This document shows positions 1 through 12,000 of a DNA stretch of 64,000 nucleotides, piece after piece. Both the position numbers and the translations under genes were made by a program. Position 1 is the first letter of the stretch. Every line of letters begins with the position of its first letter. A model generated the notes under the pieces. The model ran no database searches. It was not told where the DNA came from and saw nothing but the letters and a program-made list of their open reading frames with translations. The stretch is taken from assembly GCA_046563655.1 (NCBI GenBank), contig CM102288.1, positions 2,604,001 to 2,668,000 of the forward strand, in the 5' to 3' direction. The stretch is from Yuukianura sp. NJ FZ-2021 (lineage: Eukaryota).

Positions 1-3000
1 TCACCTTCTCCAGAAACTAATGGCAAGGGAAATGGTACACAAAAGCAGACCTTGGGAACTCCAGTATCTACGTCAACCTACAATTCTGTGAGAATGAAAC
101 GTGGAGACTCGACGCGTGCAAGTAAAAAAGCAACAAGAATTAAGAACTGGTCAGCAAGTCTAGAGGAACTGTCTAAACAAATCAAATTCCCTGGAATAAA
201 TAACGACTGTGCCGAGTCTGTGATGAACTTGAGTTGTTGTGCTACCATCAACACACCAAGTACAGAATCCACTATGCCACCACCACCAAATCTCACCCCA
301 TCCCCCAGTGGGAAAGCTGAGGTCACGACCTTGAAAAGCTCCTCGGGAGGAAAACCAGGCAAACCAGTGCCGTTGCCAAGGAAAAGCGTGAGTGAAAGTG
401 GATCGGATCTTGTGACCCCGTCAACCCCTAAACCTGTTCCGAAAGTACGAGCAACTAAATGGGGAACGTCGTCGGATGGCGGGAGTTTGGGGGATGGCAA
501 TAAATCTACGAGTGGCGGTTCGAGTGATGTGCTTACGGCAACATCAAGTGAAGAAATGCTTCTGGGTCATGACCCAGGCGAAGACGACGATCGTGACACT
601 TTAGTATCCCCTGGAGACCATGGCTACACTAGAAAGGTAACGAACGAAATGCTGGAAGCGCTGTTTGCGCTGATTTTGGTGGGGAACGTGGTTGACTGTC
701 TGCTTTTTCCCTCACTTCATAAAGATAAAAGAGAGGAAATCATAGGACATAAAATGGACTTTTCTTGATTTTTATGGTGAATCGACACAGGGAATCTCCG
801 TCTTTCTTTCATTTCTTGCTGCTACCAAGGCAGAAACGACTGGAGGAGATGAAAGAGCGGAGAAATGAAAAGGAGATCAAAATTGTTTCTATTTTAGTAC
901 AGTTGGAAAGTGGAAACCTAGTTTTTTGGGAAACTTTTTTTTACTATGGGTTTTCTTCGTCCTTTTTTACACGGAAATTTCGGGGTTTTGTGGTGTGTTA
1001 AAATGAAAGACTTTCTTTAGTCATGAAGCTTTTTCTCTTTCCCTCTCTGTCGGTGGTGTCCTCTAGGGACGCTTGTGTGATTAGATTAACGTTTGTTTTT
1101 GTAAAAAGAAAAAGTTAGGAATGGTACGGGCCAAAAAATTGGGCATTTTTTTTTAAAGGAAGTGTGGCATTTTGAACGAAAACCGCTTTTTTGGCGGAAT
1201 TTTCTTCACATCTTGTTCATCCATCTTTTTTTTTTTTGGCTGAATTTTCTTCACCTTGTTCATCCATCTTTTTTTGGCGGAATTTTCTTCATCTTCAACT
1301 TTTTTTTTTGGCTGAAGCAACTCATTTTCATTTTTATGAATTTGAGGTGTGTGGAGAAACTTATCAGGAATTGATCATTTTAGGGTTTGTCAAAGAAAGT
1401 TGTTAACGCAGGGAAAAAGTGATGAGATATTCAACAAAATTCTGGCAAGGAAAAAGCGTATGAGATAAAAAAAAGTTTTTAAAGTAGTTTTTCAAGTTTC
1501 ACATGGTGAGAAATGAGCATTTTCCTGAAGAGAAATTCAATTTTTATCAATTTTGGAAATTTTGTTTTGATAAAACTGCTGGTGGTGCTGAGAGCATTAC
1601 TTTGATGTGTGAAAAATGTTGTTGAAAAGTTTAAGCGTTGTTACTTTGAATTTGTGGATGGATTTGGTGGGAGATGAAAAGAGAAATTGAAATTTCAAGA
1701 GAAAGTGGAGAAAGGTTTTAAAATATTGCGTAGGTTTTAATTCTGAAATGGAGAAAAGTAAGTTTTTGATTTTTTTTTGTTTCTTAGGCTTTTAGAACAG
1801 ATTGTTTTAGTTTTTAGAAAAGAGAAAGTGTAAAAGAATCTTTGCTTTGTGCTGAAGTTGAATCGATTTGAACTAATTGGGGACACTGTTTGGTGTTTTG
1901 TTTCTTTTGTCCTGTAACTTTGTTATACTTGAAAAGTTGTTGTTCTGCGGGGCTTAAATTCCTATTCTTGAAGGTTTCTAGTAGTACTACTTTTCCTTTC
2001 TGTTGTTAGTTTTGTTCAACTTTTGTCAAAAGTAATTGGACCTTCTACTGAACTACTTCTTCTGAATAGACTCCACGCTGGGGGGAGTGAAGAGTTTGTT
2101 AAAAAGCAAAAAAAAAGTGAAGTAGAAAGTTGTTAAATGTGAACAAATTGGAAGTTTCGAGGAAGATTTTTCTTTTGAGGGAACAAAAAAAGCAGGATAC
2201 AATTTTTGACAGTTTTTGGTTTCTTTCCGAAGATGAAGAAAGATTGATGGCTAAAAAAGAAAACATGACGGGAAAAATTGCAATTTGAATTTTGGAAATT
2301 TAGATTTTTTGAAAATGTAAACTGTAAAGTCCGACAATTTTCTCTTTCTTAGTAGAGAAAGTTTGGGAAGTTGGATAGAGTAATTTTTAGAAAGATTGAA
2401 AAGGTGTAGAAATTTGGAAATTTCTGTTCTTGGTTTTTCAAAAAATGTATAAAACTTTTTTTCATTGGTTGGTTGCTTCCAGAAAGCGTAGGATGTGTTG
2501 CGGTTTTTGAAAATTTGAAAATAAGTTACAAAAGAGGAAGATTTTGTGGATTTAGCATGACGGATTTACGGTTAGTGTGGCGGAAGGGTTTAGTTAATTC
2601 GGACTAAATTCGTCTGAGTATTTACGCTCGAGGTATAACTTGTTTTTGTCTAATTTTAAATTTCTTTCATCAGTTTTATGGAAGTAAGTGTTCTGAAAAG
2701 TGCCAACAGGGATTTTGTTTTGGTTAGTTAGAAGATTAATAATCGCGCTTGTTTACACTACATTTGTTTAATTAAAAACCTCAACTCTTTGTTGTTTTAG
2801 ATTTGTGGTGATAATCCGGACGTCAGAAACATAATTACTTACTTTTCATTTCAAAAGTTGAGTTTTGTCAGGCTAGTTACATAATGGAATTGTATAAACT
2901 TCATTTTTTTTTTCAAAGTGAAAGTAAACAGTGAAAGTCTATGCAGAAAAATGCAACGGAAATTGAAATCTAGAGGGAGGAGAAAGTAGCTAGTCAGCAA

Positions 3001-6000
3001 GAACTGACTTTTTGTTTGCTCCTTTTTTTTTAACTTTTTAACAAAAATTTTAAATCTGGGTTTCCGTTGGTGGCTCTTGGCTGATTTAGTAGAATTTGAG
3101 ATTCTGATTTGGGTCGTATTTCTTGGTAGTAGCCTACGGGAATGGATTTATGTGGAAGTTGGGATATAAACTAACTTAAAGAGCAGTAGAACATAACCTA
3201 ACCTAATGTAGAGACTAGCCTAAGTTTAACATAACCTGATTCAGACTAGCCTAACTTGAACTTAAGCCGAAGGGGAAAAGAGAAAGTGCGGAGGAGAGAG
3301 AAAGCAAAGCGGTCTGCCTGTTCTGCATCTCTGAAAGAATTTGCTCATATTTCACTATGCTAATTAACCTAATGTCTTTTCTTTTTCGTTTAAAACCGGG
3401 AGAGAGTTTAGTGGTTGAGCTCAAATATACATTTGAATTCAAACCTTGTTGTTTTTGGGGGGTTTTTAGATTTTAGATTTTTAGAAAAGCCGTGAGAATT
3501 TAGTAATTCTGGTGGAATACGAAATATTTTGAAAGTAAAAAGAGAAATATCGGAATTTAATAACAAATGGAATGAGATTACATGGAACTGTGAAAGCTTT
3601 CTCCATGCCCGTCCTGGGGCTTAAAAGTTTTCAACTAGGATTCAAAATTTAATTCCATGTTGGTCTTACGCGAATTACAAAAACAAAGTTTTTTGTGCTG
3701 TTTTGTTACTTTTACAGACGAAAGAGCACGAAACTGCAAAATTTGTTGTGTTGGATTTATGTTTGTGTCTCACTTTTGAAAGGAGGGAGAAGAGAAAGTG
3801 TGAGAAAATGAAATTTGGGCATGAGAATTATAGGTTTTGTGTTTGGCACAAATTGGTTTTTGAATTGAGATCGAAAGGCACATTTCGTCGTTTTGTTGTC
3901 AATCTGAGTTAGTGGGGTAGGAGTGAATTGAAAATGAAAATGAATTGGAGGTCGACTTGATTAACTCTGAACTGAATTACATTTAATTTATGACGATCAA
4001 GTGACCGTGATTAATTGAAACGTATTGTAATGGTTTTTGGATTTTAGGCTGTGTCTCTACCTTGAAATTGATTTCCTAACCTTCACGTTAGGAAAAATTT
4101 AAGCCTGAATTTTGGCAGTTACGCTCCTGGCTTGATTTACATTTTGCAATTTTTTCTTTCTTTGTTTTGCACACAAGTGCATTGAAAAGTTGCGTGTTTG
4201 CGTTTTTTATTGTAACTTGGTTTAAGGTTGAGTTTTTGTTGCGAGTGGAAAAAGTAAGTCGAATTGGTACACTGAATACTGATATCGGTAGTAAAAAGTT
4301 GGTAAATTGGGAGAGGCATACCGTAAATTTCCGAATAGAGGTACGGAAATTTACGGTAACCTCGTAACACATAGTATGAAGTATGAAGTTCCGTTAAAAC
4401 TGTGGGCGGATGCTGTTTATCTTGTTACTGAACAATCAGAGTCAGTGCCACACATTTCCTAAAAGTTTGAACTTATTGTAACGCTAAAAAGTTGAGTTGT
4501 TGTTGGCAGAATGATTTGTGATGTCTATGTGTGCAGAATTTTGGCAAACTTTTTTTCTCGTGTCTCTGAGCATAGCTTTTCCTTGCATGATGGATTATGA
4601 ACCTCTCCCGTCGTCATGATCATAATTTTATGGTGAAACAAAAGAGTTTCAAGTTGAATGTTACTTTTGCTAAACGCTTAATGCTCAAAGCCGGTTTGGA
4701 AATTTATAAACGAGGCTAAATGATTTGCAAGGCTAAATTTTGGGAGTTGAAAAAAACCAAAAAGTCGGTCGTAATCGTAAAGGTTGACCGCTCGCTACTG
4801 ATTCTGTTACAAAAGATTTTGATTACGGTTTACAAATGTGAAAATTTTGCAAAACGAAACAATTTTTTGCCAAATAGCTATGAAACATGTTATGGTTTTG
4901 AGTTAAGAAATTTTGATATTTCATAGGGAGTTGTTGTAATTTTTACGGATTTGGGATATAATGGGTTTATCAATGGAGGGCGTGGGAGAGTGAGGCCAAG
5001 ATTTCCCACGACTGCTAAAAAAATGAAAAAAAGTTGATTGTTCCTTTGTTCTGAAAAAGTGGACACTTTTCCCATTGTTTTCAAATTTTACCACGTCTTT
5101 TGTGATCTTATGGCTTTTTGTTAACTAAACTTTACTTTAAGGTTAGGTTTAAGTAGTTAGGTTGGTGAAACCGTGGAAAGGAAGATCAAGCGTCTTTGAC
5201 TTTGTGTTTTTTTTTATTTATGAACTTTGAAATTTAAATTTGGAAAGAATTATTCATAGTCACGCTTTTCGTTTCGATGGTCGTCGGCTCTTGTGATTTT
5301 TTGGGGGAATTCTTGTCAGTTTTTAGTTTTTTGGGGAGTGTTTTAAAATTTTAAGTTGTGGTGGATGTGAAAGAATCATTGTGTTGAATAATTTTTTTTT
5401 CGAGGAAGATGAGATTTAATTTCCAACCTGCTGGGCTGGTAGAGGAACCACCTACCTCTTGGGGGAACAATTTTTTAACAGTGCAGATTCGTTTCAATTG
5501 AAGTTTTTAGAGGAAGTTGATCTGTTAGTATTGTTTGTTGGGCTGGACGAGAGAGAAGTGAGTTGTGCAAAAAAAGTTTGCAATTTGAGTGATTTGATAG
5601 GGATAGGGATAGGACGCTGTCATTATTTTGGCAAATTTAGCTTCCTTTTTATTTGTGAACTACTAGAGAGCAATTTGTGAATTGTGAAAAGGATGTTTTT
5701 GATTTAAAAGTTGTCATCTATGTGCTTTGAGTTACTTGTTAGCAAGTATAAGGACAATTTGAAGTTTGTGGATGCTGTCATCGTCACGGTGGTGGTACTG
5801 CCGTGGGAGTGGAAAAAAGTGTTGTTGAATTGCGAATTATTTTTGGTGGATTTTATTCAGTTGTTTGTTAGACGAGGTTCAAAGTGATGGTGGGAGCGTT
5901 CAGCAGAACACAAATTTTAGTAGTTTATTTTTCATGAAAAAATTTGAAATGGAAAAGTGAATAGAGAGTTCGATGAACTGAATTTGTGATTTGCGAGTTT

Positions 6001-9000
6001 TTTCTTTTGTTTGGTGGAAAATTGGCGAATTTGATTGGGAGTTTTAACGAGAACGAAAATTTGGTTGCTGAAATAGACGGATGTTCGATGCTGTTTAGTC
6101 GATTTGGAAGCTATAAGGTCGTAAGTACGATTTTCTGAATTTTTGAACTTTCGGAAATTTTGAATTTGAATTTTGATGATTTGCAATTTTGTGAAATAGT
6201 CTATTTAAATTGAATTATTGCCTTAGTTATGTGAATTTTTTGAAACGAGTTGCTAGGCGGAAGTCGTTTTGTTTTTATGATCAAAGTTTTGTGAAAGTGA
6301 ATCAGTTGGAGAGATTTTTATTACTCAATCAGAGTTTTTTTTGAAAGTTGTAAATTTTTAATTGATGTTTGATTTTGATTTGAATTTGCAGGAGTCCGTG
6401 CTAGTGACGAGGAATCGGTTTGAGTCCCCTGAGGCTGTGGACGGAAGAGTCGGTGACAGTGTCACCACTAGAATGAAGCCTAAAGAAATCCGTCGCTCGT
6501 CACCCGTTCAGCTCATGAAGCAGTCAGGCGACAACCCACGGAAACCATCCGTTGATGAGGTTCCTATTCGTCCACTGTCTGAACATTGGGCAGAGTACAT
6601 GACTTCTGAGAAGCGATTCTACTACTACAATAGTCTCACGGGAGCTACGAGCTGGAAACCACCGAGACTCACTGGAGGATCAGCGATTCAGCGACGGACT
6701 GGAAGTGGAGGCGGTGGAGACAACCTCAGTTCCCTGGAAAATAGTCACTCCAGCCTCATTCTGGATTCGTCTGATGTCAGTGAAAATAACAACCATTTCA
6801 GTATTTTGAGAGAAGAAGACTGTGAGGGAACTGGGACCAGCACGAACAAAGTCCCGAGTCAGGGACAGCTTCCGGTTCCCGTGGGATGGTCTTATGTCTA
6901 TGACGGAACGACGGGTCAAGGCTACTATGTCCATGAAACAAGTCCAACTAGGGTAAATTTAACTTAACTTTGTGCTTGACCGGAAGTGGAGCCAGGTTTG
7001 GTCAGACGAGGTCAAGTCAGTCTGGCCTAACCTGACTTTTTGGAATGAATGTTGGGAAAATATAGTTTTCAGTTTTAAAGTTCAACTTTTTTGAAAGAAT
7101 GCTGAACAAAAGTGCCTTTTACTTCTAAAGTTTACCTTATTTTGAAAATCATTTCAAAGAAATTTTGAAAATGATTTCAAAAAATTCTGAAAGCGGGATG
7201 TTGAGTGTTTACTGAATGGAGGAGTCGGTTAAGTAGCTTAAAAGTGTTTGATGAGAGCTTGTTTTTGTTGTGGTAATGCTAATAACTGCAAGTGTACTTT
7301 AGTCTAAAGATGATGAATGTGGTTTTATTTGCGATAACTGTGTGTTTTTGATGTTTAGTTTTTGAAAAGACTTTGATGTGCATGTGAACTTTTTAATGTT
7401 ACAAAGTGCTTTGAAATCCGAATGACTCAGTTAACCAAAATCAGGCGATTAGTTCATACATTTAGGTTTCTGCATTCCCACACACGAGGGGCTTTCCTTA
7501 AAAGCTAAAACAAAATGCTGAATGCATACTTGCTTGTGGTACCTTAAGAAATAGTGATATGTGGTTTACGTAGCTTACGTCCTGTGGAGGTCTTAAGGGA
7601 GCAACTAATTAGTAATTTAGTTAATTTGAAAGAGTAACTATAGGTGGGAGGGTGGGGGAATTTAGTGCAAAAAGGACTAAAAGTTGCAACTTAAAAGTAA
7701 ATTTTGATTTAAAGAGAGGCACAAACACAGTTACAGTGATTTGTTGACAGGAAAAAAGTGATAGGAGGAAGTGCTCGTGCTTTTACTTTTGAGTGTTTAG
7801 TGGTTTTGTATGGGAAGTAGATCGGTAGAAATTGTTAGCTAAGCATAGAAATTCGGTATTCCAAGTAAGGTTGAACTTTAAGTGTAGGTTTTTGGGGTGT
7901 TGCATAAAATTCTAAAAAGTATACTTTGACGAGGAAAACTTGTTTTGATTTTGAGGACATCACCATATCTGTAGGCAGTTTTGAGAGTTTAGCCCACAAT
8001 TGAAGCTTTTTGTATTGAAATTATTGTAGTGATTTTGAATTGAAAAGTGCTCTAGTTTTGTCCTATCTTTGAGGTTAATCAGCTACAAAAGTCTAGTAAC
8101 GTAAAGTTAACTTTGAAAATGGCTAGTGGTGGAGATTGGAGTATCGGACGTGGAGTAGGGAGTAGAGCTACAATTGCCGTAGTTCCATCTCTGCGTCGAT
8201 CCATGTCAGAAACAGATCTACGTGGAGTGGCAGAACTTGTGAAAGCAGTGGTAGTTCCTCAAAACGTAAGTGCTAGTCCAGGAGAGTTTCGATTTCGAAG
8301 TAGTTTTAAGGGCAGAAAGACTAGAAGTAGAAGGGAAGTTGGTCATTTGTGGACCAGAAGCTTGAATCAGTGTCAATTGAGTTCAATTAAGGCCAGAGGA
8401 AGGACTATGAAGATGCTGAGAAGTAGTCGGCGCAAGGGGATTTGGGAGTGGTTGACAAGTATTAGGTACTCAGTGGAGACAGAGGACGAGGAAGAGGAGA
8501 TGTGTAGTAAGGGAGAGGATTGGAACTACTTTGAGAGACTGGCGGGGTCAAGTTTTGGCAAAAGGAAAAGTGAGGTCAAGGGGTCATCAGTGTCAGACTC
8601 GTCAGAGGATTTGATGAAGCGGATTTCCCCGGAAGCTGCGGCTCTACTCAGAGAGATTCTGCGTGGAAGTAGTTGGGAAGATTTGGAACTTAGGCAGGGA
8701 GGAGAGGGGACTCAAGGGCGGAGGAAGTGCTCTTGTTGTGTGGCGGAGAGAGGAGATGAGGGGTCAAAGGTCACGGAAAACCGGAAGGGCAGGCCCACTG
8801 GAGTACTGGCCTGGGAGCACTTGATGCACTGGGCAGAGTGTGATGCTGCTGACGAACATGAAGATGAAGTTGTTCAGGATCAAGAAACTGGAAGTAGTGC
8901 TACGAGTCCAGTTCCAGGACAAGCGGAAGAACCGAATTCGGAGGAGGTTAATACCCTTGCTTAATTTTCAGTTTTTGGGACTTAGGATTAAGAATTTTTC

Positions 9001-12000
9001 GGGTGAAAATTAGAATTTTTAAGGATTTTATTATCAAAAGGTTTTGTATAACTAGAATTTTACTGTAGAATTTTGGATATATTTGATTGAGTTCAGTTTG
9101 AACTGAAGGATTTGCAAACACCGGATTTTGCGGAACACCGGAATTTGCAAAATCTAATTCAAAATTTTACAATTTCCCAAGGGGCTTGTACTATTAAGTT
9201 TAGCTTTACATAGAATTTTAAAGTGTTCTCGTTACTTAAGTGTGTTGAATTCAATTTTTTGTTTGCATTTACATTTGTATTTTGAGGACGATTGAATTCG
9301 GATTTTTCTATTTTCCTAAGCTAAACTAGACTGAAACGGTGTGTCTGTTTGAATTTGGTAAAATGTTTGTGTGGTTTAGTAGATTTTGGTGAAAGTGGAA
9401 AGTACTAACGGAATTTGTGTTTCTTTGTATTCTTTTTCCTAACAGTGGCTGAGTTCCCAGGATCCAGAGGGGAAGATTTATTACTATGAGGAGCACAGTA
9501 CAAAGTCGAGTTGGTTTCTTCCGGTACCCGGGATCTCCTTCAATGATTCCGTAAGAGCAACTGTCTAACCTAACTATACATTAGTGCTCTAAACTTTTTT
9601 TAGAGTTGGTTTCCCAGCAGCAGCTTAGATATTACCTCCAGTTTCCAGTAGTCGTCACATATCCTGTGAGATTCTTCGCAAAAGTGGATAGAGAATTTAA
9701 TATAAAAGTTTTTTTCCGCTTTTCCAAAGAATTTTCAATAGCGAATCCAACATAATGGAAAAAGAGATGGCGGATCAAGAGGCTTTTGATCTCTTTTCAA
9801 TTATGTTGGAAAATAAATATTGATCAGAGAGGACAGCCAGACAGGATCAGGAGTTTACTTTTTTTAGATGAAATGAAAATGTTATGTTTAAATGTTTGGA
9901 ATTTTTAGTCGAAGTCGACGACGTCGGATAGTCTAGAGAGAAGTAGAGATGTGTCGCCCAGGGGCATGGGAGGAGGCATGCCTGATGTCATCACGACCAT
10001 TCCGTCACCCCAAATGGGGTCACCAAGTTCAGTGAAGAAGAGACATTCCGTAGGAGATGCAACTGATCGGTTCAAAACGCGCTCGATGCTGATCTTACCA
10101 GATTCAAGGTGAGTTATAACCTTAACAAGGTCGTCGTGATAGCACGACCAACTAAAGAGCGGGAATATCGTCAAAATGATCTTTAAGTTTAACGACGAGA
10201 TGCTGCACGGAAATCGTTTCGTGCTTATCTCGCAAAATTTTAGGAAAGGTTGGCGAAATTTTACAAAAGATTTTTTTTTGTGAGAGAGTTTTTATGCGAA
10301 ATGGAAATTTTGTGGAAGTTTCCTGCTCAGTGGGGCAGAATTTTTTTGGGTTTTGAAAATTTTTGTAACCTGTGGCATTTCGAAGATTTTTTGACATTTT
10401 TTTTTCTCTTTAGGAAGCAAGAGAGTACAAAACTGGGAAGTTTGCCACGGAGTCACAACCAAAAGTCAATTTGGAGCTCATCGAAGGATGAGGAGACATG
10501 GATTACAGTCATACGAGAAGGGATACTAGCTCGGACCAAAATCACTGAAAATGGAAAGAAAGTGAGAAAGAATTGGGCACAAGCCTATGTAGTTCTCACT
10601 GAAGAACATCTTTCACTTTTCAAGGATGAAAAGAGCTTCGTAAGCTTTACACTTTTTCACAAAATTCCATTTCTCCGTGCTTTAAAACCTATTTTTTATG
10701 TCTCTTTTTTAAAAAAGAGAAAGACTCGTGTGAAAGAAGAAGAGAAAACAAAAAGTATTGGACATTTTGAAACCCTATTTTTATCATTTTCTGAGACATA
10801 AACAAGAGAAGAGAGAAAGTTGTGGATTCTCATCGATTCTTTGTGGGTTTTGGGGAAACGTGGGTTTATATGTTTTTCGAAATGAAATTCCTGTCAGTTT
10901 CTTCGTTTTTTTTAGAAGAAAAGAAACACGAGAAGAGGAGATTTTCGTTTTTTGCGTTTTTTTTTGGTGAAAGCAGGCAGCCTGAAAGAAAGTTTGAGAG
11001 AAAATAAAGTAGAGGGATATGGACAAGTGATGTTTATTGTTTTTTTTTTCTTTATGATTCCTTTTGTTTCGTTTTTTGTAACTTTGATCATGGTTTTGTA
11101 TTTTTTGTGTTGCAGGGAAGCAAGAAATCGGAGATGGAGATTGAATTGAGTGGTTCTACGGTAGACTGGAGTGTGGACAAAACGAGTCGGAAACATGTTT
11201 TCCAATTGAATACTTCCACTGACCTCCAGATTTTATTTCAAGCTGAAGAGCCTGACACGGCGAGACTGTGGATACAGGACATTCAGGAAGTGATTAAGCG
11301 ACAGGTACGTGACCTAAGCAGAAAATAAATATTGAGATAAAGTCCCTACGCTTGTTCAAACTGAAACTTAACACTTCCGTTTTGTTCTATTTCTTTGTGT
11401 AGCCAGTGAGAGAGCTTCTAAGACTGAGATGTACAAGTCCGGATCCCTATATGGACAGTGGTGTAGTTGGAGAAAAGAAGGGGTCACGCCTTGGAAGAGC
11501 CAAGTCCACTAAACGTGAGAAAATGAAAACGGAAATTGCTTTTTTACTTTTTCTTTTGTGTTTTTACCTCTTTTCTCTCCTTTTGTTGTTTAAAAAACAG
11601 TGAAAATTACCGGAAGTGTTGAAAATTTAACATCAGAGGAGAAGAATAAAATTCGTGCTCAACTCAAGAAATTCTTCAACAGACGTCCGGCCCGGGAGAG
11701 TTTAGTTAAAAAGGGGATTTACAAAGGTAAGTCTACCCGTTTTTGAAAATTGTTTTTGAACAAAAGGAAGTTTTCGTTTCTGGTATTTAAATGGATGAGT
11801 GATGAGTCCCTAGTGTGTTTTACAATGAAATTCGAAACCTTTTTCACTTTTTGTTGTGGAAAGTTAAAGTTTTCGAAAACAGTGGTTTCATGTTTCCACT
11901 TTCCAGCTTGCGGATTTAGCCGCTTTGTTCATTTTTAATGAAATTTTTTAAAATAGTTCGCTCTTTTTTTAGACGAAGCTGTTTTCGGATGTCATCTGGA

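Noticed and set aside
78..500. Antisense ORFs overlapping real exons (also 6680-6934, 9905-10174, 47383-47643, 49477-49725)
   Set aside because: They are shadow frames of GC-richer coding exons on the opposite strand.
765..6186. Numerous 60-95-aa Phe/Lys-rich ORFs
   Set aside because: These are translations of T/A-run-rich intron sequence within the RhoGAP gene.
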